From an uncultured Collinsella sp. (GTDB lineage Bacteria; Actinomycetota; Coriobacteriia; Coriobacteriales; Coriobacteriaceae), in NCBI GenBank assembly GCA_902495545.1, contig CABUXM010000002.1:1674-65673 (forward strand): a DNA stretch of 64,000 nucleotides, in the 5' to 3' direction. Below the pieces are notes generated by a model. It was not told where the DNA came from and made no database searches. It saw nothing but the letters and a program-made list of their open reading frames with translations. A program made the position numbers and the translations under genes. Below are positions 38,844 to 49,389 of the stretch, in pieces. Position 1 is the first letter of the stretch; the number at the start of each line of letters is the position of its first letter.

Positions 38844-38951
38844 CACAACGGAAACAACCAAGCACCAAAACGTGCCGCACGCGCCACTTGGCACGTGCGG
38901 CACGTTAGAATAGAAAAGACTATGCTCGTTTTGGCAGATAGGAGCGCAAGG

Positions 38952-40316
38952 ATGGCGATCACGCCCGCAGAAATCGCGGAAACCCGCGGCATGGTTGAGG
39001 AGCAGAACCTCGACATCAGGACCATCACCATGGGTGTTTCGCTCATGGGTTGCGGTGACGAGAACCTCGACCGCATGTGCACGAAGATCTACGACCACGT
39101 GACGCACACGGCTGAGCATCTGGTCGAGACCGCCGAGAACCTCGAGCGCGAGTACGGTATCCCCATCGTCAACAAGCGCGTCTCCGTCACCCCGGTGGCG
39201 CAGATCGCCGCGTGCTGCAAGGATGAGGACCTCACCCCCATCGCGCATGCCCTCGACCGCGCGGCAGAGACGCTCGGCATCGATTACCTGGGTGGCTTCT
39301 CCGCACTCGTCCAGAAGGGCATCGGCGACGCCGATCGCCGCGTCATCCAGTCCATCCCCCAGGCGCTCGCTACCACGAGCCGAGTCTGCTCCAGTGTCAA
39401 CGTCGCTAGCCTGCGCGCCGGCATCAACATGGACGCCGTGCTTATGGCCGCCCAGACCATCATCGATGCCGCTAAACTCACGGCCGACCAGGATTCCGTC
39501 GGCGCTTCCAAGTTTGTCTGCTTTGCCAACATGGTCGAGGACTCCCCGTTTATGGCGGGCGCCGTCCACGGCGGTGGCGAGGCCGACGCCGTCATCAACG
39601 TGGGTGTCTCGGGCCCCGGCGTTATGGCCGCAGCCCTGGAGACGCTGCCCGATTCCGCATCGATGATGGAGGTCGCCGAGAAGATTAAGCAGACCGCCTT
39701 TAAGATCACCCGTGCCGGTGAGCTCATGAGCCGCGAGGCCGCCCATCGCTTGGGTGTCGAGAAGGGCATCGTCGACCTGTCGCTGGCGCCTACGCCTGCC
39801 ATCGGCGACTCCGTTGCCCGCATCCTCGAGATCATCGGCGTGGGCACCTGTGGTGGCCCGGGCACGACCTGCGCGCTCGCCATGCTCAACGATGCCGTCA
39901 AGAAGGGCGGCGTCATGGCCAGCTCCAGCGTGGGCGGTCTCTCCGGCGCCTTTATCCCCGTATCCGAGGACGCCGGCATGATCGCCGCCGTCGAGGCCGG
40001 TGCACTTTCGCTCGAGAAGCTCGAGGCCATGACCTGCGTGTGCTCCGTTGGCCTGGACATGATCGCCATCCCCGGCGACACCCCGGTCGAGACCATCGCC
40101 GGCATCATCGCCGACGAGATGGCTATCGGCGTCATCAATAACAAGACCACGGCCGTCCGCGTGATTCCCGCCATCGGCAAGGGCGTGGGCGACTGCGTCG
40201 AGTACGGCGGCCTGTTCGGCCGTGCGCCCATCATGCCGGTGAACCCCAACGCCGGCACCGTGCTTGCCCACCGTGGTGGACGCTTCCCGGCACCGCTGAA
40301 CTCGCTCAAGAACTAG
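38952..40316 (+). CDS. UPF0210 / DUF711 family protein
   Basis: [31 protein letters not shown]... and a length of about 454 aa fit UPF0210. ATG 38952 follows an AGGAG RBS. Confidence 0.75.
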   Translation: MAITPAEIAETRGMVEEQNLDIRTITMGVSLMGCGDENLDRMCTKIYDHVTHTAEHLVETAENLEREYGIPIVNKRVSVTPVAQIAACCKDEDLTPIAHALDRAAETLGIDYLGGFSALVQKGIGDADRRVIQSIPQALATTSRVCSSVNVASLRAGINMDAVLMAAQTIIDAAKLTADQDSVGASKFVCFANMVEDSPFMAGAVHGGGEADAVINVGVSGPGVMAAALETLPDSASMMEVAEKIKQTAFKITRAGELMSREAAHRLGVEKGIVDLSLAPTPAIGDSVARILEIIGVGTCGGPGTTCALAMLNDAVKKGGVMASSSVGGLSGAFIPVSEDAGMIAAVEAGALSLEKLEAMTCVCSVGLDMIAIPGDTPVETIAGIIADEMAIGVINNKTTAVRVIPAIGKGVGDCVEYGGLFGRAPIMPVNPNAGTVLAHRGGRFPAPLNSLKN

Positions 40317-40334
40317 CCCAGGGATACGAGGCGA

Positions 40335-40468
40335 GGAACCCCGGGAAGGGCAAATATATAAGGTCGCCTGCTCGGACAGTCCTGACTCGCACGGAGAGCA
40401 CATTAAGTGCTCTCCGGCTCGTGCGGAACTCGCGATCGACCTTATATATTTGCCCTTCCCGGGGTTCC
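40335..40468 (+). repeat. structured repeat element, copy A (32-bp perfect inverted arms, conserved core, central 10-bp hairpin with ATTAA loop)
   Basis: The arms are GGAACCCCGGGAAGGGCAAATATATAAGGTCG (40335-40366) and its exact reverse complement (40437-40468). Core motifs are ACAGTCCTG (40376-40384), the hairpin at 40392-40416, and CGTGCGGAACTC (40420-40431). Confidence 0.8.
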
Positions 40469-40634
40469 CGCACATCTCAACCTTGGCTGAGTTCTGTCCC
40501 ATGTTGCAGTTGCTTCGCTCCTGCACCACATGGTTGATACGGCGGTTTGGCGTTGGATCGGTTCTTTCTGATATATGCTGGTTGCGGCTCTTCTTTTGGG
40601 AGGAGTCGCTTTTTTGTTGTGAGGGGGATGGCCC

Positions 40635-41522
40635 GTGGCTGATGATTTGATTCGCTCTGAGCTTCTTTCTGCTGATTGGAATGGCGAATGGATGCGCCTG
40701 CAGGCTGGTCGGCGGCGGGCTGATGATTCTTTTGAGTGGGATAAGCGGGCTCGGCATTTTCGGCCGCTTGAGACTGCTCCGTATGCCCGGGATTTTATAA
40801 AGCTGTTGGCGTTAAAGCCTGGCGAGTCGGTGCTTGATATGGGGTGTGGGGCTGGGTCGATTGCCATTCCGCTTGCTCAGGCTGGGCATCCTGTGATTGC
40901 TGCTGACTTTTCCCCTGCTATGTTGGGCACGCTTGATGCTGGCATTGAGTACTATGGACTCGAGGATCGCATTACACCGCTTGAACTTGCTTGGGATGAT
41001 GACTGGGATTTGGTTGGACCGGTCGCGAAAGCGGTAGATGTTGCCTTTGCCAGTCGTTCTGTCACCACGACCAACCTAAAAGGCGCGCTTGCCAAGCTTG
41101 ATCGAACGGCTCGTCGGCGTTGTGCTGTCACGATGGTCGCCAACTCCAGCCCGCGCTATGACCTGCACCTGATGAACGCCATCGGTGCCTCGGTTACCTG
41201 CAGTAATGGCTTTGTGTATGCCTTTAATATCCTCATTCAGATGGGGGCGCTGCCGCAGGTTACATACTTCGAATCGCCCCGTCGCGATACTTTCGATAGC
41301 CTTGAGGCGGGCGTGGCGGACTTCTCCCGCATGCTCGAGCACGGTAACGAGGATAAGATCGACCGTCTGCGCGACTACGTCGCTCAGCATATGATTGAGA
41401 ATCCCCGTGCTGGCGAGCCGGGGTCCAAAGGAGTGCCGCAGGGACGCTATATGCTCGACCATATCCGCAAGGTCCGTTGGGCGTTTATTGCATGGGAGCC
41501 GGTCTCTTCGAGCCGTCCATAG
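40635..41522 (+). CDS. class I SAM-dependent methyltransferase
   Basis: VLDMGCGAGSIAIPLAQAGHPVIAADFSPAML is motif I plus the acidic loop. The probable start is GTG 40635. Confidence 0.75.
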   Translation: MADDLIRSELLSADWNGEWMRLQAGRRRADDSFEWDKRARHFRPLETAPYARDFIKLLALKPGESVLDMGCGAGSIAIPLAQAGHPVIAADFSPAMLGTLDAGIEYYGLEDRITPLELAWDDDWDLVGPVAKAVDVAFASRSVTTTNLKGALAKLDRTARRRCAVTMVANSSPRYDLHLMNAIGASVTCSNGFVYAFNILIQMGALPQVTYFESPRRDTFDSLEAGVADFSRMLEHGNEDKIDRLRDYVAQHMIENPRAGEPGSKGVPQGRYMLDHIRKVRWAFIAWEPVSSSRP

Positions 41523-41704
41523 ACCGCTTTCGGCCGTCGTACACGTCCGCCTGTAACCCGCGCCGTTCTCCCGCTCGGCATCCGCATTCTTTTTGAACTG
41601 GGCAAACACGCCCCACACCGCGCCGTTCCTGCGCTATCGTGGGACAGCTCACGTAGATTAAGGCCCCATCGCGGGGCGCCCCATAACATAGAAAGCGAGA
41701 ACCC

Positions 41705-42004
41705 ATGGCACTGACAGGAGCCCAGGTCAAGCAGCTTCGCAGCATGGCCCATCACCTCAACCCCGCCATCATCATCGGCAAGTCCGACATCAACGAGGGC
41801 ACCGTCGAGCAGACGGTCGCCTACCTGGAGAAGCACGAGCTCGTTAAGTGCTCCGTACTCGATGGTTCCAGCCTTTCTGCCCGCGAGGCCGCCGAAGATC
41901 TCGCCGATCGCTGCCACGCCGAGGTCGTCCAGGTCATCGGCCGCAAGTTCTCGCTGTATCGCGAGTCCTCGCGCAAGGACATCGAGAAGATTAAGCTCGT
42001 CTAA
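41705..42004 (+). CDS. yhbY: YhbY-like CRM-domain RNA-binding protein (ribosome assembly)
   Basis: 99 aa. L.GAQ.K.LRS.AHHL.P...IGK..I.EG...Q....L..HEL.K is the typical YhbY pattern. Confidence 0.8.
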   Translation: MALTGAQVKQLRSMAHHLNPAIIIGKSDINEGTVEQTVAYLEKHELVKCSVLDGSSLSAREAAEDLADRCHAEVVQVIGRKFSLYRESSRKDIEKIKLV

Positions 42005-42073
42005 GAGCCGACGATCCGGCGAGCCAACATACATCAAGCTTGCGAGCGTCCGAGCAATTCGGGCGCTCATTTT

Positions 42074-45073
42074 TTATCGCTCGACGAGCACGCGGTTAAG
42101 CCTGCCCTCTACCAAGCGCTCGTACAGACGCCGCGTCTCGGGCTCGGGCACGCCATTGACCTGCTCCCTCAGGTGATGCATATGTCCACTGTACAGCTCG
42201 ACGATATCGCGTCGTCGCCCCGCCGCACCGTAGACGCGCATAGCGCAACGCACCATGTCCTCGCGCGTTGTCTCTTGCCGCAGCCCCGACTCCACCAGCC
42301 ATACCGCCGACTGTAGGTCGTTTTCTTCTAGGGCGGCATTCGCGCCCCGAATCATGCAGTCGATATACTTCGATTCCATAATGCGCCGCATACGCAAAAA
42401 GTAAGTGGGATTACAGCCATTGGGAACATACAACGGGCCGGCGTAGAGCTGCTCGATCTTAAGGCACAGCTCGACCAGATGGGGCCCGCGCGCACCCGTG
42501 CGATTTCCCAAAACTTCGCGGCTTATCTGATCAAACAACCGCACGTCAGTCTTGACGTAATCGCGGTTGAGTCCAATGCATTCATTTTGGATGAGCACAC
42601 ACGACTTGCCATCCGGCGTCGGTCCCAAAGCCGACCGCAAGCGCGATATCGTCGAGTACAGGTTGTTGCGGGCGCTATTGAACTCGGCATGGGGCCACAG
42701 CTCCATGGCCAGCGTCTCACGATCGACGAGCGCATCCATGCCCAGCGCAAGCCGCTCGGCAAGCGTCGCCGCCTTCTTGCGGCGCCACATTTTGTCCGTG
42801 ATGGGAAACCCGTCGCGCTCGGCGCGAAACGCACCGAACATGCGAATCTCGATATGGTCGATGGTATCAACGGCTTCAACCTCGCCGGCCTGAAATAAGC
42901 GCTCACCCTCCCCTTCCAAATCGTCGCGCAGCGAGTACCGCGACAGTTCGCGCACGGGAAGCTTCTTGCGTATCCTGGCCGCCGGCTCGCCCAGACAATG
43001 CATGGCAAGGCGCGCAAAGAGCCGATACGATGGCTCTAGAATCTCCGCACGATTCATGGACATCCAGGCCGCAAGATCGCTATCGCGGCCCGCGGAGGCC
43101 AAATGCAGCGCCACCATCCAAGCCTCGGCACCACCGACCTGCGTCCGACTCAAATCGAGCAGTTCTGCCTCTTCGCGCACCGATACCATCGATGTATTGC
43201 GTAAGTACGCCGCGCGCTCTAGCAGCAGTGCGTTGTCGCGTATGTATCCAATCGATTCCTCGGCAAGCCTAAGCACCTGCACCGCACGGAATTTGGCATT
43301 GACCGGACGCCCCTCAACCAACGACTGCCAGCCTTCTAGTATCAAGCCAAACAACTGGACTTGATTGTCACGCACGCGCACGGCAAAACGGTCGAGCTCA
43401 TTGAATGCCTGCTCGTCGGTCACCGGCATGCCGGCAAACAGACGCCGCGCCGATAACACCATGCGCACCCAGATGGCGAGCGCTCGGATTCCACGCGCTT
43501 CGAGTGCCTCGAGCGTCAGGGCCATCTCGTCGTCACGCTCGTCAGTCCCTGCATACGACCCATCAAATAGCTCCGTCAACATGCGGTCCGCGCGCACAAA
43601 CGTCCCCGCGATATCGAGTTCACAATCGTAGGCCTTATCCGTTTTGAGCCCCGCGAGGATCTCACCACCCTTCGCCCGCTCGGTCAGCCCATGCTTTATC
43701 TCGACATGTGCGGACAGCATGTCGAGTGCGACACAAGACGCTTCACTTTCCAACGCTGTATGGCTTGCCGGAAGCCCCAGACTACCATCTCCATAACAGG
43801 CGGCCGTAAACGCGTGCGCCACCTTCCACGACACGGGATCGAGCTCGCAAATCGCTTGCTCGCCCGCACGCTCGATAATTGAGGCCATGTACCGCGCGAG
43901 CTTTGTATTGGAGACGCTCACCGCCGCCAGATAGATGCCGAGCGCCTCGTCAGGCGTCGGCTCCGATGCCTGGCCATCTGCCTCGGTCTTTCCCAGCGCC
44001 GCGCGGCAGACATCCCCTCCATGCCCCGTCAGGGCCAGATCGACCCCATACTGCCCGGCAAGCTCCAACACCGCACTGCGGTCCAAAAACGCATCGGCGA
44101 TGTCCATCGCGGTATCGCAGCGCCCCGCTTTAATCAATATACGCGCCGCCCGCACAACGAGTTCGGGGCGAATTTCGGCGACCAACTTGCGCAATCGCAG
44201 GCGTGCGTTGTCCTCGGTACCCAAGCAGGTAAAGCTCCGGTCTGCCGGATCAACGCCAAAAATGGGATAATCACGGACAAGATAGGACTGGTCAATCGCC
44301 GAAAGCCTAACGCCGCAAGCCTCGAGCTCCGAAATATTGCCCTCACCCATTAAGACCATCAAGCACGCCACGCTAAACAGGGCATTGTTCTCGAGCGACG
44401 CCAGGTCGACAAGTGCCGCACCGTAGATATTGACGATCTCGTTTTCGAGCATCTGGGCAACGTCTCCCTGCCCGTATAGTCCCGACTGCATAGCCGAGAC
44501 GAGCTCGGGCACGCCCTGCGTAAGCTGATAAAAGTCGAGCGATGTGCTGATCGAAAACGCCGATGCCCACGCCGAATACTCATAGGCATGCACCTTGAGC
44601 ATCTGCGCGTTGACTTTAATCGAATCGCCCAGTCCATGAATCAGCTGGCGATTCGAAGGACGGCAGCTCATAAAGACCCCAACCCCCATAGCACGCAGGC
44701 TTCGGATTCGGTCAATCAACTCCTCGGTCTCGCTCTGGCTGAGGTTAGGCACGTTATCGATTGCAATCAGGGAGTGCGGCTTGTCCTTAAGCTCTTCGGT
44801 AACGACCTCGAGCTGCATAAACACCTCGCGCCCAATGGCGCGGTCTGCCTCGATGATCCGCACGGGACCTCGCGTCGGATCGCTTTTAACCTCTTGGGTA
44901 TACTGCAGCAGCACCGAGGTTTTCCCAAAGCCATCAGGCGCGTAGAGGACTACGATGCCGGCCTTTCGGCCCTTGGCGATAAGTTCGTTCATCAAGCGAT
45001 CGCGCCGCACCATATAGCTACTGCCCAGCGGCATAAGCTCGAGGTCGTCCGTATTGCCCAAATCGTTAACCAT
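42074..45073 (-). CDS. large STAND/MalT-like ATPase regulator with C-terminal OmpR-type winged helix plus BTAD (SARP) module
   Basis: 999 aa. The N-terminal P-loop is VVLYAPDGFGKTSVLL. The C-terminal ...IEIRMFGAFRAERDGFPI...WRRKKAATLAERLAL...SRLRSALGP is followed by a BTAD-like helical repeat ending ...LYERLV. Confidence 0.7.
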   Translation of the reverse strand: MVNDLGNTDDLELMPLGSSYMVRRDRLMNELIAKGRKAGIVVLYAPDGFGKTSVLLQYTQEVKSDPTRGPVRIIEADRAIGREVFMQLEVVTEELKDKPHSLIAIDNVPNLSQSETEELIDRIRSLRAMGVGVFMSCRPSNRQLIHGLGDSIKVNAQMLKVHAYEYSAWASAFSISTSLDFYQLTQGVPELVSAMQSGLYGQGDVAQMLENEIVNIYGAALVDLASLENNALFSVACLMVLMGEGNISELEACGVRLSAIDQSYLVRDYPIFGVDPADRSFTCLGTEDNARLRLRKLVAEIRPELVVRAARILIKAGRCDTAMDIADAFLDRSAVLELAGQYGVDLALTGHGGDVCRAALGKTEADGQASEPTPDEALGIYLAAVSVSNTKLARYMASIIERAGEQAICELDPVSWKVAHAFTAACYGDGSLGLPASHTALESEASCVALDMLSAHVEIKHGLTERAKGGEILAGLKTDKAYDCELDIAGTFVRADRMLTELFDGSYAGTDERDDEMALTLEALEARGIRALAIWVRMVLSARRLFAGMPVTDEQAFNELDRFAVRVRDNQVQLFGLILEGWQSLVEGRPVNAKFRAVQVLRLAEESIGYIRDNALLLERAAYLRNTSMVSVREEAELLDLSRTQVGGAEAWMVALHLASAGRDSDLAAWMSMNRAEILEPSYRLFARLAMHCLGEPAARIRKKLPVRELSRYSLRDDLEGEGERLFQAGEVEAVDTIDHIEIRMFGAFRAERDGFPITDKMWRRKKAATLAERLALGMDALVDRETLAMELWPHAEFNSARNNLYSTISRLRSALGPTPDGKSCVLIQNECIGLNRDYVKTDVRLFDQISREVLGNRTGARGPHLVELCLKIEQLYAGPLYVPNGCNPTYFLRMRRIMESKYIDCMIRGANAALEENDLQSAVWLVESGLRQETTREDMVRCAMRVYGAAGRRRDIVELYSGHMHHLREQVNGVPEPETRRLYERLVEGRLNRVLVER

Positions 45074-45455
45074 GCCCGCTCCTCAACTCGACCACATGGA
45101 CACCGTAACGCTAGACCATATGTATCGCTAGATGAATAGAGCGATGCTACGGTTTAGGATGTTTGTTGGTACGCAAATGGCAAGTTTTTGTTCAGCGTGG
45201 TCCGATTGAAACTTATCCCCCAACCAATCAGTCTTTGCGCAGGTCAATGCGCTTGCCAGCTTGTCCCATCCTTTGGCAGTGTACCTCAAATGAACGCTGT
45301 TCAATTATGTTGCGCAACTCACCTAGCGCCAGCTACCGTCTGCGACCTTTTCATAGCATTTATGCATAGTATCTGTTATGGAATGAATCATGCTGCACCA
45401 GACGCACCCGCCAAGTTCGCGGCAAGGTTTTCGTCAAGCACACGGCGTGCACTCA

Positions 45456-45486
45456 GCAAAAAGGCCCCCGCAAAGCGGAGGCCTTC
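45456..45486 (-). terminator. rho-independent terminator of nagB
   Basis: On the minus strand, AAGGCCTCCGC-TTTG-GCGGGGGCCTT is followed by TTTTG. Confidence 0.7.
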
Positions 45487-45517
45487 GGCAAAGCTATGTC
45501 GAGGTGATAGGCTTTCG

Positions 45518-46246
45518 CTACTCGCAGAGCGAAAGGGCGGCCTCGTCGGCAACGACAACGCAGTTGGTGTGCAGCTGCAGGATCGAGGCAGGGCACTCGG
45601 GGGTAACCGGGCCAAAGCACATGTCATGCACGGCCTGGGCCTTGGCCTCGCCATTGGCGACAACCAGGATCATGCGGGCATACATGATGGTCTGAGTGCC
45701 CATGGTGTAGGCCTGACGGGGCACGTCGTCGATGCTGTCGAACAGGCGGCTGTTGGCCTGAATAGTGCTCTCGGTAAGGTCGACACAGTGCGTACCCTTG
45801 GAGAAGTGGTCATCGGGCTCGTTGAAGCCGATGTGACCGTTGTTACCGATGCCGAGCAGCTGCAGATCGGGATAACCGGCGGCAGCGACGATCTCGTCGT
45901 ACTCAGAGCAGGCAGCGGCAGCGTCGGGATTGGAGCCATCGGGCACATGCGTGTTGTTCAGGTCGATGTTAATGTGATCGAAGAAGTTCTCACGCATAAA
46001 GTAGTGGTAGCTCTGGGGATCGTCGTGCGAAAGGCCGCGATACTCATCGAGGTTGTAGGTGCTGACCTCGGCAAAGTCGACGTCACCCTTCTTGTACCAA
46101 GCGGCGAGCTGCTTGTAGGCGCCAATCGGGGTGGAGCCGGTGGCAAGACCCAGCACGCAATCGGGCTTGAGGATAACCTGAGCCGAGATGATATTGGCGG
46201 CCTTGCGGCTCATATCCTCGTAGCCTTTAGCTTTAATGATCTTCAT
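45518..46246 (-). CDS. nagB: glucosamine-6-phosphate deaminase
   Basis: Motifs are MKIIKAKGYEDMSRKAANII...LGLATGSTP...YNLDEY...LLGIGNNGHIGFNEP. The start was trimmed to ATG 46246. Confidence 0.92.
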   Translation of the reverse strand: MKIIKAKGYEDMSRKAANIISAQVILKPDCVLGLATGSTPIGAYKQLAAWYKKGDVDFAEVSTYNLDEYRGLSHDDPQSYHYFMRENFFDHINIDLNNTHVPDGSNPDAAAACSEYDEIVAAAGYPDLQLLGIGNNGHIGFNEPDDHFSKGTHCVDLTESTIQANSRLFDSIDDVPRQAYTMGTQTIMYARMILVVANGEAKAQAVHDMCFGPVTPECPASILQLHTNCVVVADEAALSLCE

Positions 46247-46518
46247 TACGCGTCCTTTCTCGTACAAGAGAGGCAAGGCTCCCCTTACAAGCACTTGCCC
46301 GCGGCCCGCGTCGGCCGCAACCAACGTGTGCGGCCACCAGGGCGAGGTCGCGTAATGTATGTGTCTCGTGTCTACCCGCGTCGAGGCCCCTGCCCGTCCA
46401 CGGTGACCCAAAGCCGTTTAGCTTCGGACAAATCCCATCTTGCCACGGAGGGCGCCCTCTTTCAAGGGCGCCCTCCGTAAACGTGTTTGAATTGTAGGCT
46501 AAAGGCCAAGCGGAGCGA

Positions 46519-47016
46519 CTAGCGCTCGCGAGCGACGATGAGCTGGCCCATCTCCTCGACATGCTCGCCAACGGAGCCTTTGATGCTCGAGAACTCAACG
46601 GAGTTGCACACCAAAATGGGAACCGTCACATCGTAGCCCTCGGCAGCAATTGCCTCGCGATCGAACTCGATGAGCACATCGCCCTTATGGACGATGTCAC
46701 CCACTTGCGCATGTACGGTAAAGTGCTTGCCCTCGAGCTGAACAGTGTCCAAACCAACGTGGATGAGCACGTCCAAGCCATCGACCGTGTTGAGCGCAAC
46801 GGCGTGTCCCGTGGGAAAAATGGCCTCGACCTTGGCGTCTGCCGGCGCAATCACACGCGTGCCCGTAGGCTGAATGGCAACGCCCTGGCCCAAAAGGCCA
46901 GTGGCAAACGTCTGATCGTTTACCTCGGAGAGCGGAATGACGTCGCCCGAGATGGGAGCATCCAGCGTAAGGACTCGACCACGCATACCAAAAGACCTTA
47001 GGACTTTAGTGAACAT
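46519..47016 (-). CDS. crr: PTS glucose-family EIIA component
   Basis: Motifs are ...DQTFA.G.LGQG.AI.P......AP.D......FPTGHA.......G...LIHVGLDTV.L.G..F. The two conserved His are present. ATG 47016 follows a GAGGGGGAG RBS. Confidence 0.88.
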   Translation of the reverse strand: MFTKVLRSFGMRGRVLTLDAPISGDVIPLSEVNDQTFATGLLGQGVAIQPTGTRVIAPADAKVEAIFPTGHAVALNTVDGLDVLIHVGLDTVQLEGKHFTVHAQVGDIVHKGDVLIEFDREAIAAEGYDVTVPILVCNSVEFSSIKGSVGEHVEEMGQLIVARER

Positions 47017-47087
47017 GCTCCCCCTCGGACATACCAAACAATCAAAATAACCGTATCAGTTTACCACTTGGCATCCGTTTTTGGCCA

Positions 47088-48425
47088 TTAGGGAAGTTCG
47101 CGCTTGACAACCTCGACGATATCGTCAACAACGCGCTGGGTCAGCTCGTGCGTCTCCGCCTCGGCCATAACGCGAACCAGAGGCTCAGTACCGCTCGGGC
47201 GCACCAAGATGCGGCCGCGACCGTTGAGCTCCTTCTCGGCGGCAGCGACGGCGTCCCAAATGGGCTGGCAATCGTCCAGGCCGGCCTTGTTGTCCGAATG
47301 CACGTTGACGAGCACCTGCGGGTATTTCTTCATGATGCCGGCAAGATCGGTAAGGGTGCGGCCAGTGCGCTTGAGCACGGCCAGAAGCTGCAGAGCCGTC
47401 ACCAGACCGTCGCCGGTGGTGTTGTGCTCCAGGAAGATGATATGGCCGGACTGCTCGCCACCGATGACGGCACCGTCCTCGAGCATACGCTCAAGAACAT
47501 AGCGGTCGCCCACGGCAGTCTGCACCATCTCAAAGCCCTGCTCCTTCATGGCGATGGAGAAGCCCAGGTTGCACATAACGGTCGAGACGATCTCGGAGTT
47601 GGCGAGCTTGCCGCGAGCGGCCAGGTCGGAGCCGCAGATGGCCAGGATGTAGTCGCCATCGATCTCGTTGCCCTCGCTGTCCACGAACAGAACGCGATCG
47701 GCGTCGCCATCGTGGGCCAGACCGATATCGGCGTGGGTGCGCAGCACGAGCTCGCGCAGAGGCTCAAGATGAGTGGAGCCGCACTCGACGTTAATGTCGG
47801 TGCCGCAGTAATCCGTGTTGATGGCGTGGACCGTGGCACCCAGGCGCTGGAGCGCGGCAGGCGTGGTCTGGCACGAAGCGCCGTGGCCGCAGTCGACGGC
47901 AACAACCAGGCCATCGAGCTTAAGGCCGTCGAGCGTGCTGATGGCATGATCGACATAGGCCTTGCGGGCGTCCTTCATCTTGATGATGTGACCCACACCG
48001 GCGCCGGTCGGCAGCGTATCGGCAGCCATGGCCTCCTCGGACATGACCCAGGCGCTGATCTCTTCCTCGACAGCATCGGGAAGCTTCATGCCCTTGCGGC
48101 TAAAGAACTTGATGCCGTTAAACTCCGGCGGATTGTGCGAAGCGGAGATGACGATGCCGCCGTCGAGCTCATTTTGGACGGTGAGCAGCGCCACGGCCGG
48201 CGTAGGGATAACGCCGCAGCAATGCGGGCGGCCGCCCTCGGCCATAATGCCAGCGGTCAGAGCACTCTCGAGCATGGTGCCCGAAAGACGCGTATCGCGA
48301 CCGATGCAGATGTCCGGGCCAAGAAACTTGGTCGCCGCGCGGCCCAGGCGAAATGCGAGGTCGCACGAGAGGTCGGCGTTGGCGACGCCACGGACGCCAT
48401 CGGTACCGAAGATGTTCTGGGGCAT
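47088..48425 (-). CDS. glmM: phosphoglucosamine mutase
   Basis: Motifs are MPQNIFGTDGVRGVAN..., ISASHNP (phospho-Ser loop) and HDGDADR. The start was trimmed to ATG 48425. Confidence 0.93.
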   Translation of the reverse strand: MPQNIFGTDGVRGVANADLSCDLAFRLGRAATKFLGPDICIGRDTRLSGTMLESALTAGIMAEGGRPHCCGVIPTPAVALLTVQNELDGGIVISASHNPPEFNGIKFFSRKGMKLPDAVEEEISAWVMSEEAMAADTLPTGAGVGHIIKMKDARKAYVDHAISTLDGLKLDGLVVAVDCGHGASCQTTPAALQRLGATVHAINTDYCGTDINVECGSTHLEPLRELVLRTHADIGLAHDGDADRVLFVDSEGNEIDGDYILAICGSDLAARGKLANSEIVSTVMCNLGFSIAMKEQGFEMVQTAVGDRYVLERMLEDGAVIGGEQSGHIIFLEHNTTGDGLVTALQLLAVLKRTGRTLTDLAGIMKKYPQVLVNVHSDNKAGLDDCQPIWDAVAAAEKELNGRGRILVRPSGTEPLVRVMAEAETHELTQRVVDDIVEVVKRELP

Positions 48426-48470
48426 AGGATCGCTCCTTCCCAAGTGGGCAAAACAAAGCCGCCCACCCTA

Positions 48471-48516
48471 GTCGAAAAGAAAAGCGGGACCCACCGAGCA
48501 TTCGGTAGGCCCCGCT
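48471..48516 (-). terminator. terminator after rplM-rpsI
   Basis: On the minus strand, a ~15-bp stem (AGCGGGGCCTACCGA...TCGGTGGGTCCCGCT, two G-U pairs) is followed by TTTTCTTTT. Confidence 0.6.
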
Positions 48517-48547
48517 TGTACATTGTATCTCGTAAGGAGATAAAACC

Positions 48548-48943
<396 letters not shown>

Positions 48944-48945
48944 CT

Positions 48946-49389
48946 TTAAGCCTCCAGCTCAATCTTCGTGGGGTTCTGGGCAGCGTGCGGATGCTCGGCA
49001 CCAGCGTAGACCTTAAGCTTGGTCATCTGGGCACGGCCGAGGGTGGTCTTGGGCAGCATGCCGCGAACGGCGCGCTCGATGACCTTCTCCGGGTGCTTCT
49101 CCATAGCCTGGCGGAAGCTCTCAGCCTTGAGGCCGCCGTTGTAGCCGCTGTGGCGATAATAGGTCTTCGTGTCGGCCTTGTTACCGGTAAGCTGGACCTT
49201 ATCGGCGTTGATGACGACAACGAAGTCGCCGCAGTCGCTGTTGGGCGTGAACTGGGGCTTGTTCTTACCGCGCAGGATCATTGCGATCTGGGTGGCAAGA
49301 CGGCCCAGGACAGCACCATCGGCGTCGACGAGAACCCAGTTGCGCTGGACCTCGCCCTGCTTGGCGTAGTGAGTCGATTTCGAAATCAC
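48946..49389 (-). CDS. rplM: 50S ribosomal protein L13
   Basis: 147 aa. ...W.LVDA.G..LGRLA..IA..LRGK.KP.FTP..D.GD.VVVINA... GTG start after a GGAGGAG RBS. Confidence 0.97.
   Translation of the reverse strand: MISKSTHYAKQGEVQRNWVLVDADGAVLGRLATQIAMILRGKNKPQFTPNSDCGDFVVVINADKVQLTGNKADTKTYYRHSGYNGGLKAESFRQAMEKHPEKVIERAVRGMLPKTTLGRAQMTKLKVYAGAEHPHAAQNPTKIELEA

Noticed and set aside
38869-38906. Hairpin after metH (AACGTGCCGCACG...CGTGCGGCACGTT) as a rho-independent terminator
   Set aside because: The stem is very stable, but the downstream sequence is AGAATAGAAAAG with no U-run. It may be an I-shaped terminator or a processing site. The evidence is insufficient for a confident feature call.
35904-40757. 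1617-aa minus-strand ORF, the longest in the window
   Set aside because: Its translation is low-complexity and rich in Gly, Ala, Asp, Arg, Val and His, with no motifs. It lies antisense to four well-supported plus-strand genes (activation domain ORF, metH, UPF0210, methyltransferase start). This is the classic stop-codon-poor antisense frame of high-GC DNA.
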